Source: Candidatus Moraniibacteriota bacterium
GTDB taxonomy: Bacteria; Patescibacteriota; Minisyncoccia; Moranbacterales; UBA2206
Direction of reading: 5' to 3'
Assembly: GCA_030679995.1 (NCBI GenBank)
Contig: JAUXSK010000006.1
Coordinates: 10,328 to 74,327 of the forward strand
Length of the DNA: 64,000 nt
The notes under the pieces were generated by a model, which worked only from the letters and a program-made list of their open reading frames with translations, ran no database searches and had not been told where the DNA came from. Every line of letters begins with the position of its first letter. The first letter of the stretch is position 1. Below, piece by piece: positions 19,475 to 28,197 of the stretch. The translations under genes were made by a program, and so were the position numbers.

Positions 19475-19595
19475 CCCCACACTAACTTTCGATGTTGAAT
19501 TTTTTAAAATAGTGTGGAGGAATTCATTAAATAATAAGCAATAAACTTCGGATATTATTAAGAATGTTTTAATAATATCAAAAGTTAGTGTGGGG
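19475..19595. repeat. perfect 15-bp inverted repeat pair (CCCCACACTAACTTT ... AAAGTTAGTGTGGGG) flanking a ~91-bp AT-rich spacer
   Basis: Arms at 19475-19489 and 19581-19595. The right arm ends at the GTG start of the GT4 gene at 19595. Lies in the divergent intergenic region. Confidence 0.6.
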
Positions 19596-20776
19596 TGAAA
19601 ATCGGAATCAACGCGTCATTCGCCAGAAAAGCTTCATCCGGCATCGGCCAGGTGACGACCAACTTTTTGAAAAAGTTGGCAGTTTCCAATTCCAAATTTC
19701 AAATTTCAAAAAATGAGAAATTGGAATTTGTTTTGTATTTGGAAGAAGATTTGCCGGAAGATATCAAATTGCCGGAAAATTTTGAGAAAAGGATTTTTTT
19801 GCCTTTCTGGAAGCGGGACGATCTGGTCCGCAAGATCTTGTGGGAAAAATATTATTTGCCGAAAAAGGCCAGGCGCGACGGTTGTGATGTTTTTTTCTCG
19901 CTTTACCAATGCCCGACTATCCTGCCGGCTGGAATCAAACACCTGATGCTGGTGCATGACATCGTGCCCAAGCTGTTTCCGGAATATTTGAACAATTCGC
20001 GCAAGAAGATTTATTGGTCTTTGACGGAAAAGGCGATCAAGCGCGCGGACAAGCTCCTGGCGGTTTCGGTCAGGACGGAAAAGGATCTGATCCGACATTT
20101 GGGAATTAAAGCTGAGGATGTCAGTGTGAATTATAATGATTGCGATAAGATATATAAATCAAAAATTTCCCAAGCCAAAAGCCGGGAAATTTTGCGGAAA
20201 TACAAATTGAAATCGGGTTATATATTGGCTGGCGGAGGTATGGAAGTCAGGAAAAACGTGGAGGGCGTCATCCGCGCGTATAAATATCTAGTGGAATTGA
20301 ATAAAAAAGCGCGCTTCATCAAGGAAATGCCCGTATTGGCGATATATGGAAAGCTGCTGCCCCAATTGGCGCCACTGGCGCTGGATGCTGAAAAATTGGT
20401 GCGCGAACTCAACTTGACCAGGCGGGTAAAATTATTAGACAGGACGCCTCAGGCGGATATGCCGGCCTTGTTCGCAAACGCGCTTTTTTTCGCATACCCG
20501 TCGCGCTATGAAGGTTTTGGCATTCCGGTTTTAGAGGCGATGAGTATCGGTATGCCGGTCGTAACTTCAAAGACGACATCTTTGCCGGAAGTCGGCCTGG
20601 ATAGTATCTTATATTGCGATCCGGACGATATCGACGATATCGCGATGGTGATGAAAAACATCCTGGTTAATCCGGAATTGCGCGCCGTGTTGGCGCGCCG
20701 CAGCAAAGAGCGTTCAGGTTATTTTTCTTGGGACAGATTTGTCGATAAGACACTTAACGTAATCAAAAATTTGTAG
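19595..20776 (+). CDS. GT4-family glycosyltransferase
   Basis: EX7E region 'EGFGIPVLEAMSIGMPVVTSKTTSLPEVGLDS'. GTG start. Contains an imperfect heptanucleotide repeat tract near the 5' end. Confidence 0.8.
   Translation: MKIGINASFARKASSGIGQVTTNFLKKLAVSNSKFQISKNEKLEFVLYLEEDLPEDIKLPENFEKRIFLPFWKRDDLVRKILWEKYYLPKKARRDGCDVFFSLYQCPTILPAGIKHLMLVHDIVPKLFPEYLNNSRKKIYWSLTEKAIKRADKLLAVSVRTEKDLIRHLGIKAEDVSVNYNDCDKIYKSKISQAKSREILRKYKLKSGYILAGGGMEVRKNVEGVIRAYKYLVELNKKARFIKEMPVLAIYGKLLPQLAPLALDAEKLVRELNLTRRVKLLDRTPQADMPALFANALFFAYPSRYEGFGIPVLEAMSIGMPVVTSKTTSLPEVGLDSILYCDPDDIDDIAMVMKNILVNPELRAVLARRSKERSGYFSWDRFVDKTLNVIKNL
19684..19711 (+). repeat. imperfect heptanucleotide tandem repeat (TTCCAAT TCCAAAT TTCAAAT TTCAAAA) inside the GT4 CDS
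   Basis: Seen in sequence. Related to the perfect (TTCAAAT)4 tract at 21518-21545. Confidence 0.5.
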
Positions 20777-20790
20777 CGGTACAGAGAAAT

Positions 20791-22386
20791 ATGTTTGGAA
20801 AGAATCAGAATAGAATATTTTTATTAGGTGCCAATGTGTCATTGGTTCTGTTTTTGATTATATTATCCAATCTGGAAATCTTGCCGATGGGGATGGGCGA
20901 TTTTGTATTTTTCGCGATTTTGACCCTAGCCCTAGCCCTGTACCGTCCTGGCTGGGTTTTCTTGTTTTTCGCAAGCACGATTATGTTGGAAAATATAAAT
21001 TTGGCGCCGATAGAACTGGGAATCGCCATCCGTCCGTATCAGTTTTTCGGGGGAATGACGATCCTGGCTATGCTCATCAGGTTATTAGCCAAGCGGCTTG
21101 ATTTCAAACTTGCAAGGTTGGTCTGGCCGGACTATCTGGTTATTGTTTTGGCGCTGGCCGGCTTTTTGAGCGCCATAGGTTCGCCAGCCAGGGGTGTCAG
21201 CCTGAAACAATCGATCGTATTAGCTTCGTTTGCGGCCTTGTATTTTTTAACGCGGAATTTTTTGCAAACAAGCGGGGATATTAAAAAAACCATTCCGTTT
21301 TTTTTAAGCTCGTCGGCAACGATGGTCGGTTACGGTATCTGGCAGAATGCGCGCTTCGCGCATAACCTGCCAAGTTTCGAAGTGATGCCGGGGCGGTCCA
21401 ACGCCACATTCGCGGAAGCGGATTGGCTAGGGATATATCTTTCATTGTTGCTGGCTGTCATTTACAGCTTGATATTTTATCTCAGCAGGAAAAAAGAGGC
21501 GAGTCTGGCCGGCGATGTTCAAATTTCAAATTTCAAATTTCAAATTTTTCAAACCACCCTATACTCGATGTTGATTGCCACATACGCATTGCTGATTTTG
21601 ACCGTTTCGCGCAGTGCGTGGCTGGGGGCGCTAGGCGTGACTTTTATTTTTTTGTTTGTGGTATTCACGCGTCTGAAATTCCGGCCGGGTGACTGGCGAT
21701 GGAAAGACGTAATCGGGTTTAAAATCAGGATTATCGGCGCCTTGGCAATCAGCGTCGCAGCAGTCTATTTTTTCAATCTGACGGATTTCCAATTAGGCAA
21801 TCGGTTGCAAAGCACCGGAACGGGATTGCAGAAAATCACTATTAGCTGTCAAAATGAGGAGCTAAGTCCCAATGAAGGCGACTTAGTCCCCGTTGAGGAA
21901 TTGGAGAATATAGGTTGTCGCCATATTGACTTGGAAGAGATCGCTAATGAAAAAGCCAGGGGCAATTTCGTAACCGAAGTGTATCGCGATGATCCGAATG
22001 TCAGCATCAGAAGCGCGATTTATGGGAAATCATGGGGATTGATCAAAGCGCATCCTTTTTGGGGAATCGGCTGGGGGAGCATCAGTGTTTATTTGGGACA
22101 GGATGAGCGCGGAGCGGGACTCAACGCGAGCAATATATTTCTAGAAGTTTGGCTGGGGTCAGGCCTCATAGGTTTGGTAGCCTTTATTTTGCTCTGGATG
22201 GTCGTCCTAGCCAGGGCTCTTGTTGATTTTTTGCAGGATGATCCAGAAATGGAAAACGTCGGGATTTTCTTGCTGCTTGGTTTTTTTGCCATTCTCATTC
22301 CGAACCTGTTCAATTCCGGAATTATGCTGGGATATCTGTGGCTGTTCCTAGGTGCGTCTTTTATCGATAATAAAGTAAAAAAATAA
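20791..22386 (+). CDS. O-antigen ligase/polymerase-like (Wzy/WaaL family) polytopic membrane protein
   Basis: 531 aa with about 10-12 TM helices and a large extracytoplasmic loop between late helices. This architecture and the glycan-locus context fit Wzy_C-type proteins. Confidence 0.5.
   Translation: MFGKNQNRIFLLGANVSLVLFLIILSNLEILPMGMGDFVFFAILTLALALYRPGWVFLFFASTIMLENINLAPIELGIAIRPYQFFGGMTILAMLIRLLAKRLDFKLARLVWPDYLVIVLALAGFLSAIGSPARGVSLKQSIVLASFAALYFLTRNFLQTSGDIKKTIPFFLSSSATMVGYGIWQNARFAHNLPSFEVMPGRSNATFAEADWLGIYLSLLLAVIYSLIFYLSRKKEASLAGDVQISNFKFQIFQTTLYSMLIATYALLILTVSRSAWLGALGVTFIFLFVVFTRLKFRPGDWRWKDVIGFKIRIIGALAISVAAVYFFNLTDFQLGNRLQSTGTGLQKITISCQNEELSPNEGDLVPVEELENIGCRHIDLEEIANEKARGNFVTEVYRDDPNVSIRSAIYGKSWGLIKAHPFWGIGWGSISVYLGQDERGAGLNASNIFLEVWLGSGLIGLVAFILLWMVVLARALVDFLQDDPEMENVGIFLLLGFFAILIPNLFNSGIMLGYLWLFLGASFIDNKVKK
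21518..21553 (+). repeat. (TTCAAAT)4 perfect heptanucleotide tandem repeat plus partial fifth unit, inside the CDS
   Basis: Units at 21518-21524, 21525-21531, 21532-21538 and 21539-21545, followed by TTTTCAAA. Encodes 'VQISNFKFQIFQ'. Confidence 0.7.
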
Positions 22387-22387
22387 T

Positions 22388-23545
22388 ATGCGAATTGCGA
22401 TCGACATCCGGAATATCGGCAAAAAAAGGACCGGTGATGAGGTCGTGTTTTTCAATTTGGTGAAAAATCTTTCCGTCATCGACAGGGAAAACGATTATTG
22501 CCTATTGACTGATCGGAATCCTTCCCAGGATTCAGATTTGCAGGCAGCCCTGGAATCTTTGCGGTTGGCGCCTAATTTCAAGGTCGTCAACTTGTGTGAA
22601 AACGGAGCTGGAAAGATTTTGTGGAACGTTTGGATTTTGCCGGAATATTTGCGCCGTAATCCGGTAGATATCCTGCAAGTGCAATATATCACACCGTTTT
22701 TCGTTTCCCACAAAATCAAAATCGTAACCATCATCCATGACGTATCTTTCAGGGTTTTCCCAAAGCTGATAAAAAAGATGGATTTGTTTTTTTTGAGCAC
22801 TCTGATTCCCTTGAGCCTGAGACGCGCCGATAAGATAATCGGGGTCTCACGGTTCACCGCCCAAGAAATCATCAAATATTATGGAGTCGCTCCGGAAAAA
22901 GTCGACTGGATCTATAACGCGGTAGCGGACAGTTTCCGGGAAAGCTATACGAAAGAGCAGGCGGAGGCGGTCAGGCGGAAATATGATCTTCCGCGGAATT
23001 TCATCCTCTATATCGGGACACTTCAACCAAGAAAGAATCTGCCGGCGCTGATTGAAGCCTATGTCAGGATTCCGACGGAAAAACGCGGCTATTGCAAATT
23101 GGTTTTGGCAGGCGGGCGTGGGCATAACTTTGATCGAATGATTGATGAGTTTATCGAGGATTATTCTTTGCAGGAATATGTGATTTTGCCGGGCTTCATC
23201 GACGAGGTCGACAAACCTCTTCTGATGGGATTGGCGCAGGTTTTTTGTTTCCCCTCCTTGTATGAGGGTTTCGGCATCCCGATTTTGGAAGCGATGACGC
23301 TTGGAGTGCCAGTGATAGCCTCAAACATCCCGCCGCATAGTGAAATAACGGAAGGCGCGGCGCTATTGTTTGATGCGGATGATGCGGATGATTTCGCTGA
23401 CAAGCTTACTCAAATCGTGATAAATGACTCATTAAGGCTTACTTTGAGCCAAAAAGGACTATCCCAAGCCGCAAAGTTCTCATGGTTGAAAACCGCGGAA
23501 AGGACGCTAGATATTTATCGAAAATTATGCAACATATCCAATTGA
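22388..23545 (+). CDS. GT4-family glycosyltransferase
   Basis: 'EGFGIPILEAMTLGVPVIASNIPPHSEITEGAALLF' is the EX7E motif. The start is 2 nt after the previous gene. Confidence 0.8.
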   Translation: MRIAIDIRNIGKKRTGDEVVFFNLVKNLSVIDRENDYCLLTDRNPSQDSDLQAALESLRLAPNFKVVNLCENGAGKILWNVWILPEYLRRNPVDILQVQYITPFFVSHKIKIVTIIHDVSFRVFPKLIKKMDLFFLSTLIPLSLRRADKIIGVSRFTAQEIIKYYGVAPEKVDWIYNAVADSFRESYTKEQAEAVRRKYDLPRNFILYIGTLQPRKNLPALIEAYVRIPTEKRGYCKLVLAGGRGHNFDRMIDEFIEDYSLQEYVILPGFIDEVDKPLLMGLAQVFCFPSLYEGFGIPILEAMTLGVPVIASNIPPHSEITEGAALLFDADDADDFADKLTQIVINDSLRLTLSQKGLSQAAKFSWLKTAERTLDIYRKLCNISN

Positions 23546-23636
23546 TTGACAATACGTGGATTCAAAGTAAAATATACATTAATGCCTGTTCCAACGGATA
23601 GGGATTGGATTTATTTATTAATTAAAGGAAAAAGTA

Positions 23637-24851
23637 ATGTCTTACATTGAAAAAAACAACCCGCAACTGAGCGCTTCACGTTTTGGGTTTATGAAAAAAA
23701 CATGGTTCAAGATCGCAGCTGCGATCGCGGTCGTTTTGATTGCCGTCGTGGGCGTATTTGCCTGGAAGACGGATAATGTCTTAAAGAAAATTTCCGATGG
23801 CGGATTATTGGAAAGCTTATCGCGTTCAATTCCCGGAGTCAATAATGACGTCAAGGGAGAATCGGAAGGCCGGATAAATATTCTGCTTTTGGGGATGCGC
23901 GGAGTTGATCTGCCGGGTGGCGGAAATCTGGCGGATACCATAATGTTGGCGAGTATCCTGCCGAAAGAGAATAAGGTGGCGATGATTTCCATCCCGCGCG
24001 ATTTGTATGTGACGGTTCCCGGAACTGGAGACAGACAGAAAATCAACGCGGTGCACGCTTACGGAGAACAAAAGGGCGAAGGACAGGGAATGGAGGATAT
24101 GAAGACAGCCGTTTCCGAAGTGACCGGTTTGCCGATCCATTATGCGGTACGCACCAATTTTGCCGGATTCAAACAATTGATTGACGCGGTCGGTGGAATC
24201 GAAGTGACCTTGAGTCAGCCATTTGATGAATCGCTGCAATTCAACCAGGAACACGTCTGCGATTCATTCTTCAATATTCCGACAGGAAATGTTGAAAATA
24301 AGACAGTGAAATATTTCAGTAAGACTTTACAGGCCTACAAGACCAGGATCGTAGCTACCTATCCGCTATGCAATGCTCCGCAAGACACCTTGGAGTGCGG
24401 CGGAAACTTCAAATTGCCAGCCGGAAAACAAACATTAAACGGAGATCAAGCGCTTTGTTTCGCTAGGTCGAGATATGCCACGAGTGATTTTGAGCGGGCC
24501 AAAAGGCAGCAGGAAATCATCCAATTGGTCAAGGATAGGTTGATGAGCGCCGGAACACTGACTGATTTCAGCAAAGTGAATGGCATTCTGGACAGCTTGG
24601 GAGATAACGTGAAGACGGATATGAAATCTTGGGAGATGAAAAAAATGTATGAGATCTATAGCGGAATGGTTAATCCGCAAATCTATCGCCGGGTATTAGA
24701 GAATTCCGAAGAGGGCTTATTGTACAATCCGCCGCAGGGTGATGCGGGATATATATTGCTTCCGATCGGGGATAATTATGACAAGATCCGCGATATGGCG
24801 AAAAACATCTTTACGATGCCGGCGCAAACCGATATCAAGCCTAAAATATAA
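23637..24851 (+). CDS. LytR-CpsA-Psr (LCP) family glycopolymer-to-peptidoglycan ligase
   Basis: N-terminal TM anchor, then 'INILLLGMRGVD...ADTIMLASI...MISIPRDLYV...NAVHAYGE', the LCP core motifs. Confidence 0.8.
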   Translation: MSYIEKNNPQLSASRFGFMKKTWFKIAAAIAVVLIAVVGVFAWKTDNVLKKISDGGLLESLSRSIPGVNNDVKGESEGRINILLLGMRGVDLPGGGNLADTIMLASILPKENKVAMISIPRDLYVTVPGTGDRQKINAVHAYGEQKGEGQGMEDMKTAVSEVTGLPIHYAVRTNFAGFKQLIDAVGGIEVTLSQPFDESLQFNQEHVCDSFFNIPTGNVENKTVKYFSKTLQAYKTRIVATYPLCNAPQDTLECGGNFKLPAGKQTLNGDQALCFARSRYATSDFERAKRQQEIIQLVKDRLMSAGTLTDFSKVNGILDSLGDNVKTDMKSWEMKKMYEIYSGMVNPQIYRRVLENSEEGLLYNPPQGDAGYILLPIGDNYDKIRDMAKNIFTMPAQTDIKPKI

Positions 24852-24958
24852 GGTGAAAAACCGCATTCCGGCTATGGGAATAGAGTCATCGAGATTATCT
24901 TAGGATTGGATTTTTCATTCCCAGTCGGCCCGATGCCGGAATATAATTAAAAATAGAT

Positions 24959-26239
24959 ATGCAAGAAGAACAATCGGTACATCCGGCAGTGTATGAAGAG
25001 GAGAAGAATCATCGGCTTTTCAAACGGTATTTCTTGTTTTTCATCGTGCTGTTCCTGGTGGTCGGAAGTTTTTGGATCGGCTATACAAATGGCCAGAAAT
25101 CGACGGAATCGGCAAATCAAAGTTATCCTATCGATTCGACCGTTGTCACGAATAAATTCCTGACAGGAGAAAGGGAAGTGGACTTTGATCTTTTTTGGAA
25201 AGTTTGGGATTTGCTCAAGGAAAAGTATGTCAATCATGATTCTCTGGACGCGCAGGAGTTGGTCTATGGCGCGATCAAAGGAATGTTGGCGGCGACGAAG
25301 GATCCCTATACGACTTTTTTCGATCCCAAGGAAACCCAGGAATTCGACCAGGATATCAGCGGGAGCTTTGAGGGAATCGGAGCGGAACTCGGAGTGAAGG
25401 ATGGGATACTGACGGTCATCGCTCCACTGGACGGTTCGCCGTCGCAAAAGGCCGGGCTTCTGGCTGGAGATAAAATTTTGCAAATCGACGGCAAATCGAC
25501 GACGGATGTGTCGATCGATCAAGCAGTCGATCTCATACGCGGCAAGAAAGGTTCGCAAGTGAAATTGGTAATTTTACATAAAGGCGATCAGGAGACTACG
25601 GAGATTTCGATAACCCGCGAAATGATCAAGGTCAAGAGTGTTAAAATCGAATTCAAGGAAAATAATATCGCATATTTGAAAATAAACCAATTTGGCGAAA
25701 AAACTTCCGATGAGTTCGATGCGGCGATGAATCAGATAATCTCCCGCGGTTCGAAAGGGGTTGTCTTAGATTTGCGCAATAATCCCGGAGGCTTTCTGAC
25801 TTCATCGGTTGAAATCGCCAGCCGCTTGATTCCTCGGGGAAAAGTGGTCGTGACCGAAGAAGATGGAGCCGGCAAGAAAGATAGTTTATATACCGGCGGC
25901 GGCGATAAACTTAGCGGAATTCCGACGGTAGTCTTGATAAATGAAGGCAGCGCCAGCGCCTCGGAGATTTTGGCGGGCGCTTTGCGGGATAATCGGAACA
26001 TCCAACTGATCGGGAAAAAATCATTCGGCAAAGGTTCGGTGCAGGAGTTGATCAGTCTGCCGAACAAATCTAGCGTCAAGATAACCGTGGCTAAATGGCT
26101 GACGCCCAACGGTGATTATATAATGGAAAAGGGCATCAGTCCGGATATCGATGTGGACTTGACCGTGGATGATTTCAAAAACGACCGGGATCCGCAACTT
26201 GACCGGGCAATGGAAAAGATCAAGGAAATAATGAAATAA
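24959..26239 (+). CDS. ctpA: C-terminal processing peptidase, S41 family (CtpA/Prc-like) with PDZ domain
   Basis: PDZ region 'GLLAGDKILQIDGKSTTDV'. Catalytic region 'VVLDLRNNPGGFL' and 'GSASASEILAGAL' (Ser/Lys dyad context). Confidence 0.85.
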   Translation: MQEEQSVHPAVYEEEKNHRLFKRYFLFFIVLFLVVGSFWIGYTNGQKSTESANQSYPIDSTVVTNKFLTGEREVDFDLFWKVWDLLKEKYVNHDSLDAQELVYGAIKGMLAATKDPYTTFFDPKETQEFDQDISGSFEGIGAELGVKDGILTVIAPLDGSPSQKAGLLAGDKILQIDGKSTTDVSIDQAVDLIRGKKGSQVKLVILHKGDQETTEISITREMIKVKSVKIEFKENNIAYLKINQFGEKTSDEFDAAMNQIISRGSKGVVLDLRNNPGGFLTSSVEIASRLIPRGKVVVTEEDGAGKKDSLYTGGGDKLSGIPTVVLINEGSASASEILAGALRDNRNIQLIGKKSFGKGSVQELISLPNKSSVKITVAKWLTPNGDYIMEKGISPDIDVDLTVDDFKNDRDPQLDRAMEKIKEIMK

Positions 26240-26291
26240 AATTTTGTTCCTAAGGCTGAATGTTAGATACACTAATAATTAAGCAAACAAA

Positions 26292-27236
26292 ATGGAATTA
26301 TTGAGGACTTTCCGGAACTTGGGTAAAGGCGATGCTGGCTTGGCAGGAGGCAAAGGCGCTTCATTGGGCGAAATGACACAATCCGGCATTCCGGTGCCAC
26401 CCGGTTTTGTGGTTTTGGCCGGGACTTTCGAGAAATTTCTGGAAGAAACTGATTTGGGCGTCGAGGTTGATGCGATTCTGCATACAGTGGATCACAATGC
26501 GATGCATACGGTCGAAGAAGCTTCGGAAAAAATCCAGACTTTGATTAAGAACGCCCAGATGCCAGGAGATATCGCCAAGGAGATAGAAAGGGAATTTAAA
26601 AAACTCGGCGCTGAATTTGTGGCAGTGCGATCGAGTGCGACAGCGGAAGACGGAGCGGAAAACGCCTGGGCAGGACAGTTGGATTCTTATCTCAATACGA
26701 CCGAGAAAGACTTACTAGAAAAAGTCCAACATTGTTGGGCTTCACTTTTTACTCCCAGAGCCATTTTTTATCGGTTTGAAAAAAATCTTCACAAGCAAAA
26801 AATTTCGGTGGCGGTGGTAGTGCAAAAAATGGTGGAGAGCGAATTTTCCGGCATCGCTTTTTCGGTGCATCCGGTGACAGAGGACTACAATCAGCTCATC
26901 ATCGAAGCCGGTTTCGGCTTGGGCGAAGCGATCGTATCCGGACAAATCACCCCAGACAGTTATGTGGTGGAAAAAAATCCGAGGAATATTTTGGATATCA
27001 ACGTTTCTACGCAGGAACGCGGAATTTATCGGGCGAAAAACGGCGGCAACGAGTGGCGGGATATTCCCGAGCCGCAAGCGTCCGCGCAAGTCCTGACGGA
27101 AAAACAAATTTTGGAATTGTCGGAAATAATCCTTGGCATCGAAAAACATTACGGTTTTCCTTGCGATATCGAATGGGCGTTCGAGGGCGGCAAATTCTAC
27201 ATCGTCCAAAGCCGGCCGATTACGACTTTAAATTAA
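26292..27236 (+). CDS. stand-alone PEP-synthase/PPDK N-terminal ATP-grasp nucleotide-binding domain protein (PPDK_N)
   Basis: 'GGKGASLGEM' and 'VAVRSSATAEDGAENAWAGQ' are signature PpsA/PPDK_N motifs. The terminal 'DIEWAFEGGKFYIVQSRPITT' is the final ATP-grasp motif. The protein stops there (314 aa) with no phosphohistidine or TIM-barrel domain. Confidence 0.8.
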   Translation: MELLRTFRNLGKGDAGLAGGKGASLGEMTQSGIPVPPGFVVLAGTFEKFLEETDLGVEVDAILHTVDHNAMHTVEEASEKIQTLIKNAQMPGDIAKEIEREFKKLGAEFVAVRSSATAEDGAENAWAGQLDSYLNTTEKDLLEKVQHCWASLFTPRAIFYRFEKNLHKQKISVAVVVQKMVESEFSGIAFSVHPVTEDYNQLIIEAGFGLGEAIVSGQITPDSYVVEKNPRNILDINVSTQERGIYRAKNGGNEWRDIPEPQASAQVLTEKQILELSEIILGIEKHYGFPCDIEWAFEGGKFYIVQSRPITTLN

Positions 27237-27345
27237 GAAGTCTTGGTGGATTATCCCAATATTGTAGCTGGCTGGATAAAGGTTATTCGATGCCGGCTGA
27301 ATTCAGCGGAGGTGGGCGCGAAGCGGGGGCTGGGATAATAATTAG

Positions 27346-28197
27346 TTGTATATGAATATGACTGGAAAAAAACTTCCCTGGAACAAGCAATTGGCAAAAG
27401 ATTGGAAAAATTATCCCGCGCCCGTCAGACCGGGACTGGAAATGGCTATATACGAAAAAATCATCAAAAGGGTTCTTGCAGGCAATAAGAATCCGAGGAT
27501 TTTAATTTTGGGGTCGACGCCGGAATTCCGCGATTTGCTTTTGAAGCATAAAATAACGCCGATTTGTTGCGATGTGAATCCGGAGGTATATAAGGCGTTG
27601 AAGATTTTAATGGAAAGGAATGGAAAAGAATTATTCGTTGAATCTGACTGGCTTGATCTGGACGATGCGCATAGATTCGACTTGATAATGGGCCATAACG
27701 TTATCAATATGATCCCGATAAATAAACAAGGCCTTTTTATAAAAAATATTGCCGACAATTTGAAGCCGGATGGGATATTCGCGACTACCGTAGTAATACG
27801 TCCGGTACGCAAAGACGTAAATCCGGCTGATGGGTTTGAAAGATACAGGAAGCTGCGAATCAAGACGGGCAAAAAAATGCTTTTTATGATATCTTACCCG
27901 GACCTGGTGTTTTCAATAGGGCAGAAAAAAGGATATTATACGCCGTCCGGAATATTATCGAAGTTGCGCGATATGCGTAGAAAACGGATTATTGATGATC
28001 CGGAATTTAAGACGATGCTTGAATTTATTAAGCCGAGCAGCCTGAAAATCAGATTGCCGCTAAGGGACAAGTTGGAAAATACTTTTAATAAATATTATCT
28101 GATTGAAGATGTCAAAAGCATAACCGATAAATATTTCGATCCCAGCTATTGGCCCATTTATATTTTAAGAAAAAATGGATATTCCCAAAAATTATAA
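27346..28197 (+). CDS. class-I SAM-dependent methyltransferase-like protein, LCM/TcmP-like (carboxyl/O-methyltransferase) family; paralog of the 50171-55509 array
   Basis: 'ILILGSTPEFRDLL' aligns with the LCM/TcmP motif I 'vvxLGAGlDTRayRL'. It is followed by 'CDVNPE' (acidic post-I), 'SDWLDL' and 'FDLIMG'. The N-terminal 'W..x..RPG' motif is shared with the six paralogs. Confidence 0.45.
   Translation: MYMNMTGKKLPWNKQLAKDWKNYPAPVRPGLEMAIYEKIIKRVLAGNKNPRILILGSTPEFRDLLLKHKITPICCDVNPEVYKALKILMERNGKELFVESDWLDLDDAHRFDLIMGHNVINMIPINKQGLFIKNIADNLKPDGIFATTVVIRPVRKDVNPADGFERYRKLRIKTGKKMLFMISYPDLVFSIGQKKGYYTPSGILSKLRDMRRKRIIDDPEFKTMLEFIKPSSLKIRLPLRDKLENTFNKYYLIEDVKSITDKYFDPSYWPIYILRKNGYSQKL

Noticed and set aside
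20915-20940. CCCTAG CCCTAG CCCTG hexamer repeat in the Wzy-like gene
   Set aside because: Hexamer units preserve the reading frame (encodes LALAL within a TM helix), so there are no phase-variation consequences. Likely just hydrophobic-helix codon repetition.
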